From contig NW_024704742.1 of the NCBI RefSeq assembly GCF_018977255.1, positions 105,402,001 to 105,466,000 on the forward strand: a DNA stretch of 64,000 bases. The letters run 5' to 3'. This DNA is from Callorhinchus milii. Taxonomy: Eukaryota. How positions within the stretch are numbered: position 1 is the first letter of the stretch; each line of letters begins with the position of its first letter. The notes under the pieces were generated by a model that saw only the letters and a program-made list of their open reading frames with translations, had not been told where the DNA came from and did not search any database. Below are positions 62,909-64,000 of the stretch, piece by piece. Position numbers and translations under genes: made by a program.

Positions 62909-64000
62909 CCAGTCGGGGAGCGGCGGCGGACAGCGCGGGGAGGAGCCTGGGCCTACTGACCCAGGTACTTAAACTCGACGCCGGAGCGAGTTCAGCTCGG
63001 GGGGGAGGGAGGTGTGGGGGCGGAGCGGGGGAACTGCGACGTCATAGATTAGTTTTCAGGTATGTGCGTGCGCACAAAAAAAAAAAAAAAAAAAACCCTC
63101 TGCGCCCCCCCCCACCCAGGGCTCACATCAGAGCCCACTATGGTCCTGTTGGGTTCGCTGCCCCAATCTACGGGATAATGCCATCCACCTGACCGCTCGC
63201 TCCCGGTCCCCGCGTGCGCACTATGGCTGCCGCTTTGACCCGAGCCCCCTCACCCCCTCCCTCACTCCCCCCTCCTCTCTCCCCCCAAACCCTCCACCCT
63301 CTGCATCTCTCCCGCTCTCTCCTCTCTCTCCGTCCCTCTCGTCTTCTATCCCCACTTGACCCTCCCACAACCTCCCTCTGTTCCAGCCTGGGAATCCTCC
63401 GCCGGGCTCACCGCGGCACTCGGCGTTGGCTGTCCAGCAGCAGCCACACCGACTGCCCCATTCCCCACCACACTCGCCACCCACCCCGGACACAGACCCG
63501 GGGAGTCAACCTCTCCTCCCTCATCCCCATTCCCCCCACCCCTGCTTCACAACCTGGACCCCCCTCCCCTCCCACACACCCTTCTGTCAACCGCTCCCTC
63601 CACATCGGACTGCAAAATGTCCGCTCCCTCTGCAACAAGGCCCTGGTCATCAACGATCTCATCCTTGATGAGAACGTTGATATCATGGCCTTAACAGAAA
63701 CCTGGCTCACCCCAGGCGACACCTTCCCCCTCACGGAGGCCACGCCACCCGGCTACACCTCCCACCACATCCCCCGCCCCAACCGCCGTGGCGGTGGTGT
63801 TGCCCTTATCTCAAGGACACCACTTGCCCTATCCCCCTACTCCACTGGCTCTTTCCCCTCCTTTGAGCACCTCACCCTCTCCCACCCCTCATTCCTCTCC
63901 CTTAAAATCCTCCTCCTCTACCGGCCCCCTAAAACCTCTCCCACCTTCATCTCTGACATTTCAACACTCCTCACATCTCTTTGCCTCTGCTCCGATCGCC
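62909..64000 (+). mobile_element. 5' portion of an L2-clade LINE (GC-rich leader plus start of EN-RT ORF), cut by window end
   Basis: CpG-rich leader, then open frame with LGILRRAHRG and RGVNLSSLIPIP, followed by APE endonuclease motifs (LQNVRSL, ALTETWL, RGGGVA, LLYRPP). Same C-rich composition as the other L2 copies here. Confidence 0.88.
63223..64000 (+). CDS. L2 ORF N-terminus with apurinic-like endonuclease domain (open to window end)
   Basis: ATG at 63223 in strong Kozak context (actATGG). Manual translation finds no stop in 259 codons: MAAALTRAPSPP...HIGLQNVRSLCNKALVINDLILDENVDIMALTETWLTPGD...NRRGGGVALI...KILLLYRPPK. Absent from the ORF track because it has no stop in the window. Confidence 0.8.
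   Translation, partial: MAAALTRAPSPPPSLPPPLSPQTLHPLHLSRSLLSLRPSRLLSPLDPPTTSLCSSLGILRRAHRGTRRWLSSSSHTDCPIPHHTRHPPRTQTRGVNLSSLIPIPPTPASQPGPPSPPTHPSVNRSLHIGLQNVRSLCNKALVINDLILDENVDIMALTETWLTPGDTFPLTEATPPGYTSHHIPRPNRRGGGVALISRTPLALSPYSTGSFPSFEHLTLSHPSFLSLKILLLYRPPKTSPTFISDISTLLTSLCLCSDR

Noticed and set aside
1..64000. CRISPR arrays, operons, rRNA or prokaryotic defence systems
   Set aside because: Vertebrate intronic DNA; recurring motifs are dispersed SINE/LINE tails, not regularly spaced repeats.

Overview
Eukaryotic (vertebrate) genomic DNA, not prokaryotic. The repeats (tRNA-headed Deu-domain SINEs with (ATT)n tails, L2 LINEs with (GTT)n tails, shark-type CR1 ends) point to a cartilaginous fish, probably a holocephalan; this is inference. 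The only host coding sequence I can support is one 131-nt internal + strand exon of FBXL17 (22682-22812, leucine-rich repeats), so the window is about 22.7 kb of upstream and more than 41 kb of downstream intron. Nearly all listed ORFs are chance ORFs or decayed LINE fragments. Highlights: (1) a non-autonomous Helitron with both termini intact and an internally duplicated 3' end (12601-13440, minus); (2) the 5' end of an apparently young L2 element with a structured CpG-rich leader and an uninterrupted endonuclease ORF running off the window, nested in a CR1 3' end (62909-64000); (3) an unnamed four-copy repeat with a covarying hairpin and AGGG|TTAA ends; (4) covarying 3' stem-loops shared by SINE and L2; (5) a split hammerhead-like remnant; (6) several repeat-free, motif-dense blocks that may be conserved non-coding elements, which cannot be verified without alignment. 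I see no demonstrably new biological system. Repeat boundaries are approximate unless stated.
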